A program made the position numbers and the translations under genes. From contig DAHXKG010000003.1 of assembly GCA_027366525.1 (NCBI GenBank), positions 164,997 through 228,996 on the forward strand: a stretch of DNA of 64,000 bases, read 5' to 3'. This stretch comes from a candidate division FCPU426 bacterium. Lineage in GTDB: Bacteria; Oederibacteriota; Muellerivitia; Muellerivitales; DAHXKG01. The notes below the pieces were generated by a model. It searched no databases. It was not told the DNA's origin and worked only from the letters and a program-made list of their open reading frames with translations. Below are positions 1-9,535 of the stretch, piece after piece. Within the stretch, counting starts at the first letter, position 1. Each line of letters starts with the position of its first letter.

Positions 1-577
1 AGGCAGACGATAAGATGGGTACCAGTGGGTTGGGTGTTGGCAAGGTTTGAAGACGCTGGATATGCATCTCAATACCTCGCCAGACCTCTTTGAGTGAAAA
101 CACGGACTGCAGTTTTAAATAAAGTTGGGACGCATCAGGACGATTGGCACCGGTTAAAAGTCGCAGTGCCCCATCCTGGGCAAAAGCCGTTAAGATGAAG
201 TTTTGATTTTCTAAAAAACTATAAATTTCCAAATTCGTGAGGACCGCATGGGCATGAGATCGATGGTCTTCAATCCAATTGACGAAAATGATTAAGGCCT
301 GAGCCGTAGGATCTATCCAAATTTTTGAAAAGAAAAGGTTTGAAGAAGTGTAGGCATAATTGCCAACGAAGATATAACCCTTGTTTTTTAACGGTTCATG
401 GGCTTCCAATTGCCAAGCGGGTGTGTAACGATCGACAAGGCTGGGAGCAGCCACTTCGAGATGAATAGATGGCAAGGATGGAATTTCAAGACGAGAAGAA
501 GGTTTCGGGCGTGGGTGCCATATTAAAAAAATAAAGATCCCCATTCCCACTATCCAGATTAAAGCGCCTAGCCCCAT
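1..577 (-). CDS. hypothetical membrane-anchored protein, partial (runs off window start)
   Basis: Own translation of the minus strand from ATG at 577: MGLGALIWIVGMGIFIFLIWHPRPKP... has an N-terminal TM helix and stays open to position 1. No family recognised. Confidence 0.45.
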   Translation of the reverse strand, partial: MGLGALIWIVGMGIFIFLIWHPRPKPSSRLEIPSLPSIHLEVAAPSLVDRYTPAWQLEAHEPLKNKGYIFVGNYAYTSSNLFFSKIWIDPTAQALIIFVNWIEDHRSHAHAVLTNLEIYSFLENQNFILTAFAQDGALRLLTGANRPDASQLYLKLQSVFSLKEVWRGIEMHIQRLQTLPTPNPLVPILSSA

Positions 578-602
578 AAGAGTAGCTAATTCAAAAAAGA
601 CC

Positions 603-637
603 AAACCCAGAGAAAGTTATTATGTTTCTCTGGGTTT
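603..637 (-). terminator. rho-independent terminator downstream of the BI-1/YccA gene
   Basis: Inverted repeat aaacccagagaaa / tttctctgggttt. A T-run follows on the minus strand (A-run at 595-600 on plus). Confidence 0.6.
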
Positions 638-648
638 TTCAAGAACAA

Positions 649-1350
649 TTAACGACGTCTTCCACCGTTCATCAAAATCATGGCAATATCTACAAAAAGA
701 TTAATGAAATCCAGATAAAGTCCTAAGGTTGCGGCAACATACTCATCGCTTTGGTGACTATGCATAATGCGGGAAGTATCATAGAGAATAAATAAAGAAA
801 AAAGAACCGCTCCAATCCAAGCCAAAGCCAGTTCAAATATAGTGCTGTGAATAAAGAAACCGATGATGCCAAGGCCGATCATTGAAAAAAGTCCTACCAT
901 AATGAATCCACCCATAAAGGTAAAATCCTTTTGACTAATAAACACATAGGCGGTTAATCCAATAAAGATAGATCCGGTGATCCCCAACGCTTCAAAGATA
1001 GTATTAAAAGATCCGGTTTGAGCAACTGATACGGCGACTAAAGGTGCTAACCAAGCTCCGCTTAAAAAAGTGAATCCCAGAAGCGCTATGATGTTAATGA
1101 CCGGAACTTTTCTCACAGCCATGACTCCAAAAGTCATTCCAACAAACAAAATCAGTGTGATAATGGGGTGTTGGGCAACGAGTTGTAAAATTTCCGGGTT
1201 GGATAAAGTAACGACGGCACCCACTGCTCCCATAATTAAACCTACAAAAAATAATGAATATACTTTTTGAAGAAAAGCATTTTTAGAAAAAGCATCTTCG
1301 TAAGCAACGCTATTGGAAATAGGCTGATACGATCGTGAAAACAAGCCCAT
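649..1350 (-). CDS. Bax inhibitor-1/YccA family membrane protein
   Basis: 233 aa with about 7 TM segments. N-terminal FLQKVYSLFFVGL and a basic C-terminal tail are typical of the BI-1/YccA family. Confidence 0.8.
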   Translation of the reverse strand: MGLFSRSYQPISNSVAYEDAFSKNAFLQKVYSLFFVGLIMGAVGAVVTLSNPEILQLVAQHPIITLILFVGMTFGVMAVRKVPVINIIALLGFTFLSGAWLAPLVAVSVAQTGSFNTIFEALGITGSIFIGLTAYVFISQKDFTFMGGFIMVGLFSMIGLGIIGFFIHSTIFELALAWIGAVLFSLFILYDTSRIMHSHQSDEYVAATLGLYLDFINLFVDIAMILMNGGRRR

Positions 1351-1434
1351 GGACTACCCTCCTTGAAAAAACTTGATTAGGTTTATAATGATGTTAAATT
1401 CTAGAAAAGTCAAGATTTATGGGAGAGAAATCAT

Positions 1435-2142
1435 TTGGAAATACACGCCGTTATTTTTGATCTGGATGAAACCTTATTAGATAATTCGACATCGGCTGAC
1501 TTAGCGTGGAAACGATTTCAAAGCATGATTTCATCGCAAGGTCCGATACGAGGCTTAGGGTATGAGCTTGAACGATATTTTCCAACCGTGGCGAGTGAGA
1601 ACCGATTTTTATTAAACACCAATATCTCGCCTTTGCAATTTCGCATCAAAATATTTGAAAAGATATTAAAACGTTTTCGGGTCAAAGAATTTTTAGAACT
1701 GGCCCAGACCCTGGGACGAATTTTTGATATTTGTCAGCAATCAACCTTTACCCTGTTTCCCGAGGTGGGTTCGGTTTTGTCCAAAGTAAGTCAGCAAGTT
1801 CCAATAGCTTTACTTTCAAATGGTCAACATGACTATCAATATGAAAAATTAGTAGCAACCGGTATTAAATCTGTTTTTAAAAAAATTATTATTTCATCCG
1901 AATTGAAAATTGAAAAACCGCATCGAGACATTTTTTTAGAAATGTGTCATCAACTTTCAGTACGACCCGATCAGGCACTGATGGTTGGTGATAATTTACA
2001 GATCGATATCTGGGGAGGTTTTCAAGCCGGGCTTCAAGTCGCATGGTTAAATCGGAATCCGCTCCAACAGCGCGTGGAACCCTTACCACCAGATTTTTTA
2101 ATGTTAAAACAACTTGAGGAGTTAGCGTTCTTGTTCAAATGA
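1435..2142 (+). CDS. HAD-superfamily hydrolase
   Basis: DxDxT motif (VIFDLDETLLD), SNG motif, and C-terminal MVGDNLQIDIWGG (HAD motif IV). Confidence 0.8.
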   Translation: MEIHAVIFDLDETLLDNSTSADLAWKRFQSMISSQGPIRGLGYELERYFPTVASENRFLLNTNISPLQFRIKIFEKILKRFRVKEFLELAQTLGRIFDICQQSTFTLFPEVGSVLSKVSQQVPIALLSNGQHDYQYEKLVATGIKSVFKKIIISSELKIEKPHRDIFLEMCHQLSVRPDQALMVGDNLQIDIWGGFQAGLQVAWLNRNPLQQRVEPLPPDFLMLKQLEELAFLFK

Positions 2143-2414
2143 GATGTGTCACTCCTACCATAGGCTGAAGGCGATTTTTAAAGGTCCACACATTGCGTGT
2201 TTTTAAGAAATCATGAAAAGAATAATTTGGAAATCGATATATTTTCTTTTATACAATGGATAAAAATTAAAAAATGACTTTGATGTTCTTGAAAAGAATG
2301 GATATTTATGGTTTGAAAATAGATAATACTATTCAACACGGATCGGTGGTGGGCCCGAGATTTATTGATGAGAGAGAATTAAAGGGTTTTATAAATTTGG
2401 GTGGGAAAAGGTGA

Positions 2415-3971
2415 GTGATTAAATCATTATTAAAAAAATATGGGTGGATTTTAAATCCCGGCGAATGGCTTCTTTTGGCTTATTTTTTTATTTTTGAAAT
2501 GATGTCATTAGCTGCCGTCTTTGAGATGTTACCCCAAGCAGGAACGACGTTTTTATGGTCAACCGGATATTTTTTAATATGGATAATGTGGCTAGTATGG
2601 ATGATCCATAAAAATCCCAATCCAACTCGAACATGGGGTGTGATTCGAAATGCCGGATTATGGATGGGCATTGCGCTGTGTTATAACCTAATGAAATATT
2701 TAGTACCCACAATCCACCCAGGAAAAGATGATCAAGATTTATTTAATATTGAGCGCGCTGTTTGGGGACGCGGGCCCGCTTTATGGGGCCATGAATTATC
2801 TCAGCACATTAATTTAACGGATTTTTTTTGTTTTTTTTATTTAAGTCTATTTATTTGGCTGATTGGATTAGTCATTTATCATTTATGGATTCGAAGAGCC
2901 CTTTATCAGCGATTTATGTTGGGCTTAATATTGGTATATGGTGGTGGGTTTCTTGGGTATTTGATTTGTCCAGCGGTTGGACCTCGATTTGCTTTTGCCC
3001 AACAATGGGCATGGCTCCAAGGTGGATGGCTGTTTACGTGGACTAATTGGATAGTGCAATGGTTCGGATCAAAAATTGATGTTTTTCCAAGTTTACATGG
3101 GGCGATTTCAAGCTATTTACTTTTTTGGCAATCCCAAAATGATCGCCGGGGACTTCTTTGGGGTATTCCACTCACCTTGGGTATCTGGTGTTCAACCCTT
3201 TATTTGGGCTATCACTATCTTCCGGATTTGGCCAGTGGAGTTTGTTTAGCCATGATTAGCCTGTGGCTGGTTCCATTTTTGGAATACATTATCGATGCCT
3301 ATCAACCGAAAACTCGAGCATCCCATTACTGGTTAATTCGAGTGACTAAAAATCAAGGAGCTTATTTTGGAAAATTAATGAGTCGGCTTAGTCAGATTAT
3401 TGAGTTAGGTGGAGAAACGGCACCAGGGTTTGTTTTTTTGGGTGTTTCCAAATCTCAAAGTGAAAGTGAAGTCAAAAAGAGTTTAAAAAATTTAGGAGGA
3501 CCCTTTTGGATTCGACGATCTGATTTTTTAACGGCCGGCCAACAGAGTTTGCGATCGCTTAAACCATATTCCGAAGCACAAGTACTTCGAGTTTTATTTG
3601 AGAGCCGATTAAGTTTAAAACGGAATTTTTATATTGTTCAAAAAGCGTTGAAGGTGTCAGCGGTTGGATTATGCCGAACTTTTCCTCAAAAAGGATTAAA
3701 ATTATCCGATGTGGAAATTCGAATCACTTTGTTATCTAATGGGAATATGCAAACGATCCGCGTCCCTTCCAATAATAGATTTTTAAGTACCTACTTCAAT
3801 TGGCCTTGGGCTTTTTTTCAATCGCAGTTGGAAACTGTGGGGTTTGAATTATTTGACTTGGTTCAATTGACTCGAAAATTGTCTAATCAATGGAATATTT
3901 TTACAGAAGTAGAATGGTGCTTTTCGCAGGGAAGGTTTTTTGTTTTAGATGGGCGAGGGATTCGACAATAA
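2415..3971 (+). CDS. polytopic membrane protein with a PAP2-like core fused to a degenerate PPDK_N/ATP-grasp-like C-terminal domain
   Basis: Multiple TM helices. FPSLHGAISSY resembles PAP2_3/Aur1-like motifs. The C-terminus (APGFVFL ... IRRSDF ... EVEWCFSQGRFFVLDGRGI) resembles the PEP/pyruvate-binding domain. Confidence 0.45.
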   Translation: MIKSLLKKYGWILNPGEWLLLAYFFIFEMMSLAAVFEMLPQAGTTFLWSTGYFLIWIMWLVWMIHKNPNPTRTWGVIRNAGLWMGIALCYNLMKYLVPTIHPGKDDQDLFNIERAVWGRGPALWGHELSQHINLTDFFCFFYLSLFIWLIGLVIYHLWIRRALYQRFMLGLILVYGGGFLGYLICPAVGPRFAFAQQWAWLQGGWLFTWTNWIVQWFGSKIDVFPSLHGAISSYLLFWQSQNDRRGLLWGIPLTLGIWCSTLYLGYHYLPDLASGVCLAMISLWLVPFLEYIIDAYQPKTRASHYWLIRVTKNQGAYFGKLMSRLSQIIELGGETAPGFVFLGVSKSQSESEVKKSLKNLGGPFWIRRSDFLTAGQQSLRSLKPYSEAQVLRVLFESRLSLKRNFYIVQKALKVSAVGLCRTFPQKGLKLSDVEIRITLLSNGNMQTIRVPSNNRFLSTYFNWPWAFFQSQLETVGFELFDLVQLTRKLSNQWNIFTEVEWCFSQGRFFVLDGRGIRQ

Positions 3972-3981
3972 CAGATTGTGG

Positions 3982-4398
3982 ATGCAATCCAGGAGGGCAA
4001 TCGTGATCAAAAAGCTTTTTATTTTTATAGTGATACTTGGATTCTTGGTTTTTGTGGGAACCAATCAATGGTGTTTAACTCGATTAGGCATTTCACAGGG
4101 TTCTCATACTAGATCCATTCATCATGCATGGATGAAGGTGCATCAAACGTTGAATATGCTGAATCATAAATTTAAAAAAGCTTCACCTCAAATCGCCCGA
4201 TCCTCCTTGAAGGTGCTTCAAAAAATAAAAACGCCGGAACATCAATGGAAAAACAAGATGGAGCAAACCCGATCCCGGTTTTTAAAAACATGGAACAAGA
4301 TTAAGTGGAATATCCATCGGCTGATTCATGAATTCCGTTTAGGGATCACACAGCGAATAAAAAATTTCGAAAACAGTTTTCGAGCTTTAATTAAATGA
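3982..4398 (+). CDS. hypothetical single-pass membrane protein
   Basis: ORF in track. The internal ATG at 3982 avoids overlap with the upstream gene. One TM helix (LFIFIVILGFLVFV) and a basic C-terminal part. Confidence 0.4.
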   Translation: MQSRRAIVIKKLFIFIVILGFLVFVGTNQWCLTRLGISQGSHTRSIHHAWMKVHQTLNMLNHKFKKASPQIARSSLKVLQKIKTPEHQWKNKMEQTRSRFLKTWNKIKWNIHRLIHEFRLGITQRIKNFENSFRALIK

Positions 4399-5099
4399 TC
4401 CAACGCCCAATAGTATGGTTGGTAGCACTCGTGCTGCTACTTATGGGCATTTTCACCATAATGAGTTGTGTTTCCATGAATCCCAATGCGTATTTCGTTC
4501 CCATTAATCAACAAATATTTAATAGTAATGCGTTAGGCATGACTCAGTTATATCCTTGTCCGACTCGAAATTATCCATATCAGTTTATCGAGGCAACCGC
4601 CATTCCCAATCTTCAAACGATTGATTATGGGCTATACAGTGGATTAGTAACTAATCAACAGGAATTTAATTCAGATTGGAATGAAATTATTCCGGATCAA
4701 AGCCCGGATCCGACGTTGCCTTCCTTACTGCCGATGATTGGGATTGTTCCGCAAGCCCCGGAAACCACTACGTTAGAACCTGTAATTAATTGGAATACTA
4801 CCGAAGCGTTTTTCATTAATTTAGGCTTGGTGAGCAGTTCTTGTGAAAAAATTGTATTTGTGGGTATGACTACCGATTGTTTGAATATCTATATTACGCT
4901 TTCGAAATTTACGTATCTCAGTAACTGCTATCCCATCAATGAAGTTCCATTTTTTATATTTATTTTTCCCAAGACCAATCTTCCGATCATTGTTAAATGG
5001 ACTAATGATCCCACGGGGGACGGTATATCTAATCAAACGAAAATTCAAGAGGGACTCAATCCTTTGGAACCCTATATCACTCCAAGTCCCTCGCCATGA
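4395..5099 (+). CDS. putative lipoprotein
   Basis: Signal peptide with a lipobox-like IMSC. 4-nt overlap with the upstream ORF. Confidence 0.5.
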   Translation: MIQRPIVWLVALVLLLMGIFTIMSCVSMNPNAYFVPINQQIFNSNALGMTQLYPCPTRNYPYQFIEATAIPNLQTIDYGLYSGLVTNQQEFNSDWNEIIPDQSPDPTLPSLLPMIGIVPQAPETTTLEPVINWNTTEAFFINLGLVSSSCEKIVFVGMTTDCLNIYITLSKFTYLSNCYPINEVPFFIFIFPKTNLPIIVKWTNDPTGDGISNQTKIQEGLNPLEPYITPSPSP

Positions 5100-5545
5100 A
5101 AAAATTATTTTTGATTGCATTAATGATATTAGGCGTCGAATTGTTGAGTTCGCGCGTACAGGCGGTTCCGGTGGTTTCATTTCCCATTGCGTTTGCCAAT
5201 TATTATGTTTGGGCATATACGGAAGCCTATGAAGATCGATCTTTTGTTTATGCCGATACTACCGCGGGTATTGATGCGATGGGTTGGATTATTTTAGCGA
5301 CGACGGATCAGTATTCAGGCCTTTTTTTAATTAACATGGCCGCTATTTCGAAAACGGTTTATCCGGTTGTCCAACTTTTGGGAAAACCGATCTCCGCCGT
5401 TAAGCAACGAGCATGGATTGATATCGCCACTAATCTTACAACACTTTTATTGTTGAAATGGATGGGACATCCTGCGTTACAGGTTGAAAGTTTTCTGCCA
5501 GAAGATCGTTGGGTTCCGGGCATTCAAGTCGCTTATTCCTTCTGA
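5096..5545 (+). CDS. putative secreted protein
   Basis: Signal peptide MKKLFLIALMILGVELLSSRVQA. 4-nt overlap with the upstream ORF. Confidence 0.45.
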   Translation: MKKLFLIALMILGVELLSSRVQAVPVVSFPIAFANYYVWAYTEAYEDRSFVYADTTAGIDAMGWIILATTDQYSGLFLINMAAISKTVYPVVQLLGKPISAVKQRAWIDIATNLTTLLLLKWMGHPALQVESFLPEDRWVPGIQVAYSF

Positions 5546-6285
5546 GCGGATAGCGGCAGGGTATGAATACCACATTCAGTTTTGTCTTTATTGGCCCATC
5601 TTCCAGAACGGGGATCTTGACCAAGCTGGGCAGGTCGAGTGCAACAATCGGGCGAACATCCAATGGAAAGATAGCCTCGACTCCAAAGTGGATGATAAGG
5701 AAGGTCGAATTTTTTTGCATAATCCCACAACATTTTACTATTCCAATTTAAAAGCGGGCAAATCTTTGTCAGCCATCCATTGGGGTTAGATATGATTTCG
5801 ACAAATACCAGTTTTTGACGTGTATGGGACTGATCTCTTCGGACACCGGTAATCCAAGCGTCGTAATCTTGAAGAGCAGTTTGAAAAGGTTCTACTTTAT
5901 TCATGGCACAGCATTGATCCGGCTTTGTTTCATAAAGCTTGCCATATTGGTTTAAAAAGTCTTGGGTGTTTAGAGTCGGTTTTAAAATTCTCAAGTTAAG
6001 GTTTAATCTTTTCTGAAGATCGTTTAGGTGAAGGAGCGTTTCTGGAAAATGAAATCCGGTGTCAGTGAAAAGAACAGGAATATTGGGATCGATTTGCGTG
6101 ACTAAATGTAAAAGCACAGCAGATTCTGCTCCGAAGGAAGTGGAAATCATAATTTTTGAAGCAAACAGTTGAATAGCCCATTCCAAAATTTTAGAAGTTT
6201 CCCACGATTCTAATTGTTGATTAAAATAGGCCAATTGTTCTTTGGAAAAATTTTCGGGCTTAGTATGACTCAGTGGGTGATCCAT
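5533..6285 (-). CDS. cysH: phosphoadenosine phosphosulfate (PAPS) reductase
   Basis: 250 aa. PAPS-reductase fold motifs (SFGAESAVLLHL) and the diagnostic C-terminal ECGIH redox motif. Confidence 0.85.
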   Translation of the reverse strand: MDHPLSHTKPENFSKEQLAYFNQQLESWETSKILEWAIQLFASKIMISTSFGAESAVLLHLVTQIDPNIPVLFTDTGFHFPETLLHLNDLQKRLNLNLRILKPTLNTQDFLNQYGKLYETKPDQCCAMNKVEPFQTALQDYDAWITGVRRDQSHTRQKLVFVEIISNPNGWLTKICPLLNWNSKMLWDYAKKFDLPYHPLWSRGYLSIGCSPDCCTRPAQLGQDPRSGRWANKDKTECGIHTLPLSAQKE

Positions 6286-6808
6286 ATATAACGTTGACCT
6301 GATTTTCTGCCTCAGAAGAGACCAATTTATAATTTTAAGATAAAGCTTTGTAAGGTTAATGTAAAGATGATAAATTATGAAAAACTTATCAAGATGCTTA
6401 ATTTTTAAATGAACTCGCTTTGTAAAAGCGGACGATGGGGTAAAAATTAACGTATTTGAAATTAAGGCCCCACTGAAATGATGACCGCGGGCTTGTATAC
6501 CAGAAATATAGAGCGTTTTTATTGCAGATATTATAGATGGTTTAAAAAAGATTTTTGAAGCAGTCCGTTGGATTCGTGGAAACCATTTTGTGGCATTTTT
6601 ATCCTAGGGATCATTGAAGTTCAGATTCATTAGGGATTTCAGGATAGAATCAATAGTGCGTGGAAAAATTCCACCTTGGCAATTGCTTTTTAAGCAATAT
6701 CAATTTTTAAAAAGGTTTAATAAGTAGACTATAAAATATGGAAAATTTTTAAAAACTTTGATATCATTAATCTTTGTTTAATTGAATTCTCGTGGAGAAA
6801 AAAACACT

Positions 6809-7465
6809 ATGGAAAACCGAACTAAAAAAAGAAAAACTTCAAAGCGCGCCCCTCGAAAATCTGCAGAACCGGTTGCGCCAACCCCAACTCTTCAAGTGCC
6901 GAATTCCCCCGAACCAGAAGGTTCGAATTTTTTATTGATTTTAATCCTTATTTTAGGTTTAGGGTTTGTCGTAGGTGGTCCATTAATATGGTTGGGAGCT
7001 TTTAAAAAGCATAGTTATGCAGCTCCAACTCCCCAGAAGCTAGATATTACGATTAATGGAATTCGAGCAATTAGTGGGAATACCGGTTGGGTGGCTCATC
7101 CGATTCCATTTTTAAATCATAATATTGTCGGTGGACCTTTGAAGATTGGTAAGGTGACGTATCCTCATGGCATTGGAACTCATGCGCCATCGACGATTGT
7201 GTTTAATTTGGCTGGGCAAGTTAAAAAATTTTCATGTATGGCAGGTGCGGATATTGGTGGCAGTGGAGGCAATGACTCGATTTATTTCATGGTTAGAGGT
7301 GATGGTAAAAAACTATATCGTAGTCCAAAATTAACTGTTCAAAGTCCACCGGTTTCAATTCATTTAAATGTCACCGGCATCAAACAATTAAGCTTAATTG
7401 AAAATCCAACGGGAGATTATCATTGGTGTTGGGGAGATTGGGTGAACCTTCAATTCACACGATAA
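6809..7465 (+). CDS. membrane-anchored NPCBM domain protein
   Basis: YPHGIGTHAPS ... F ... GADIG ... F.V.GDGK.LY matches the NPCBM (GH98-associated carbohydrate-binding) pattern. GGAGA RBS lies 9 nt before the ATG at 6809. Confidence 0.65.
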   Translation: MENRTKKRKTSKRAPRKSAEPVAPTPTLQVPNSPEPEGSNFLLILILILGLGFVVGGPLIWLGAFKKHSYAAPTPQKLDITINGIRAISGNTGWVAHPIPFLNHNIVGGPLKIGKVTYPHGIGTHAPSTIVFNLAGQVKKFSCMAGADIGGSGGNDSIYFMVRGDGKKLYRSPKLTVQSPPVSIHLNVTGIKQLSLIENPTGDYHWCWGDWVNLQFTR

Positions 7466-7529
7466 TCAATCGTCGAGCTTGCAAGAGGATAAGAACTTAG
7501 TTCTTTTGGAGAACGCTGTGGCGAAATGA

Positions 7530-8237
7530 TTATTCGTGGATATGTTGATGAAAAAAATCCAACGATAAGTGCCATGCGAGTTGAGATGCAATAGGATGAT
7601 AACTCGCACGATCATCACAGTTAAATCCATGTTCAGCCTTTGATATTTCTGCAGTAACAAAGTCTTTGTCTGATGCTTTCAAAGCCTGTGTAAGTTGTAG
7701 AATGGCATCGGAAGGCGTACTCTTATCTTGTCCTCCCCAGAACAATAAAATCGGTGATTTTTGTTGAGAGGCTAACGAAATGCCTTTTTGAAGAATCTGA
7801 CTTCCATAAAAGGATACCGCAGCTTTTATATGGAGGGCGGTATTAGCTAAGTAGGAAACAAAACCTCCCATACAAAAACCAACACATCCAATTTGATTGG
7901 TTTGAAGTTCTTGTTGCATCCACGCGTAAGTTGCCTCACAATCTTTAATGATGTTTTCGGGAGTGAGGGCCTCCATGTGACTGCGAACTCCCATGAAATT
8001 ATCATAGGAACCTTCAAAACCAGCGGGTGCTGTGCGATGGAATAATTCCGGTGCAGCAGCCAGATAGCCTTCTTGGGCTAAACGTCGGACGACATTTTTA
8101 ATATGGCCATTCACTCCAAATGCCTCTTGAAAGACCAAAATTCCTTTTTGGGTATTGGTTTCCGGTTTGGCCGAAAACACTTGCATGGAAGTTGAACCTG
8201 GGATTGAAAGTGAGCAAGAGGATTCTGATATTTTCAT
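7530..8237 (-). CDS. dienelactone hydrolase family protein
   Basis: 235 aa alpha/beta hydrolase. Nucleophile elbow GFCMGG and a C-terminal H typical of DLH. Confidence 0.8.
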   Translation of the reverse strand: MKISESSCSLSIPGSTSMQVFSAKPETNTQKGILVFQEAFGVNGHIKNVVRRLAQEGYLAAAPELFHRTAPAGFEGSYDNFMGVRSHMEALTPENIIKDCEATYAWMQQELQTNQIGCVGFCMGGFVSYLANTALHIKAAVSFYGSQILQKGISLASQQKSPILLFWGGQDKSTPSDAILQLTQALKASDKDFVTAEISKAEHGFNCDDRASYHPIASQLAWHLSLDFFHQHIHE

Positions 8238-8379
8238 GGTAATCTCCTAAATGAAATTAAAATAGATTGAAAAAGTTAAAATCAGATTTATAGTTACATG
8301 AACTTCTTTTTTTTTTCAATATGTTAATTTAATTTTTTAAGTCATTTTTAAGACAATTATATGGCAGAAGGGGCCACCG

Positions 8380-9147
8380 ATGACAATGCCTGTTTTATTT
8401 GTAGGCCATGGATCACCAGAAAACGTGTTGAAAAACAACCCTTATACGCAAGCCTTGCAGAAATTAGGAAAAACGATTACTCCACGTCCAAAATTTATTG
8501 TCGTCATTTCAGCCCATTGGGTGACTTCAAATACGCGCGTATTAACCGAGGAGCATCCTTCCGTGATTCATGATTTTTATGGATTTCCACAAGCATTATA
8601 CCAATTTCAGTATTTACCTTTAGGCGCTTCTGCACAAGCTCAGCGACTTGCGAATCAACTCAACGTAAGTATAGATAAGGAATGGGGGTTGGACCATGGT
8701 GCTTGGAGTGTACTGGCTCATCTGTATCCGGATGCAAGTATTCCTGTTTTTCAATTAAGTATCGATAACCAAAAAAGCTTTTTGGACCATTTACAATTAG
8801 GTAAACAACTCAAATTTTTACGTGAAGAGGGTGCCTTAATTTTAGGGAGTGGCAATCTAACCCATAATCTTCAACACCTGTCTAGAAACATTGATGCTGA
8901 ACCATCGCAGTGGGCTCAAGTATTTGATCAAAAAGCGCAAACGGCGTTACAATTGCGGGATGAATATTTTTTGGTTCATCCGGATGCTTGGGGGAGCGAA
9001 CTTTTTCGTCAAGCGCATCCAACGCACGAGCATTATATTCCACTTTTGTATGTTTTAGGGGCTTCGACTCAAAACGATCAACTTTATTATCCCTACGAAG
9101 GATTTGAATATGGAACGCTTTCAATGCGCATGGTATTGTTCCAATAA
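8380..9147 (+). CDS. ygiD: 4,5-DOPA dioxygenase extradiol (class III extradiol dioxygenase)
   Basis: 255 aa. N-terminal LFVGHGSPEN and internal SAHW / GSGNLTHN motifs. Confidence 0.8.
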   Translation: MTMPVLFVGHGSPENVLKNNPYTQALQKLGKTITPRPKFIVVISAHWVTSNTRVLTEEHPSVIHDFYGFPQALYQFQYLPLGASAQAQRLANQLNVSIDKEWGLDHGAWSVLAHLYPDASIPVFQLSIDNQKSFLDHLQLGKQLKFLREEGALILGSGNLTHNLQHLSRNIDAEPSQWAQVFDQKAQTALQLRDEYFLVHPDAWGSELFRQAHPTHEHYIPLLYVLGASTQNDQLYYPYEGFEYGTLSMRMVLFQ

Positions 9148-9535
9148 TAGTTGAAACATTGCGACGACGGTTTTCGTCCAAAGAATGAAGTTAATTCCGT
9201 TCCCAATGTTTTCCAAAAAATAAAGTGAGGTATCAAAATTGTTTTAAAGGTTGGGTTAAGACTTTCGGGTTGATTTTTATAATAGTTTCTATTTCTAAAG
9301 GAAGCTTTAGAAGAATCGGAATACATAATAAATGGATTGAAATGAATAAAAAGATGAGAAGATGTAAAAGCTGTTAAAATATCAAAATTTCATGGGTAGA
9401 GGATTGCGATATTAAAATAAATCCAATCATGCTATTGCATTTTTAAAAAACAAACGCATAAAGTAATTTTAAAAATGGAAGTTTATTTCAATCAGTTCTA
9501 CAATGAAAATGCCAGACTAGATACTGATTGAATAG

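Noticed and set aside
1070-3046. Short ORFs nested in or antisense to the BI-1, HAD and PAP2-like genes (1070-1270, 1889-2089, 2480-2712, 2828-3046)
   Set aside because: They are nested within better-supported genes and their translations look like off-frame artefacts.
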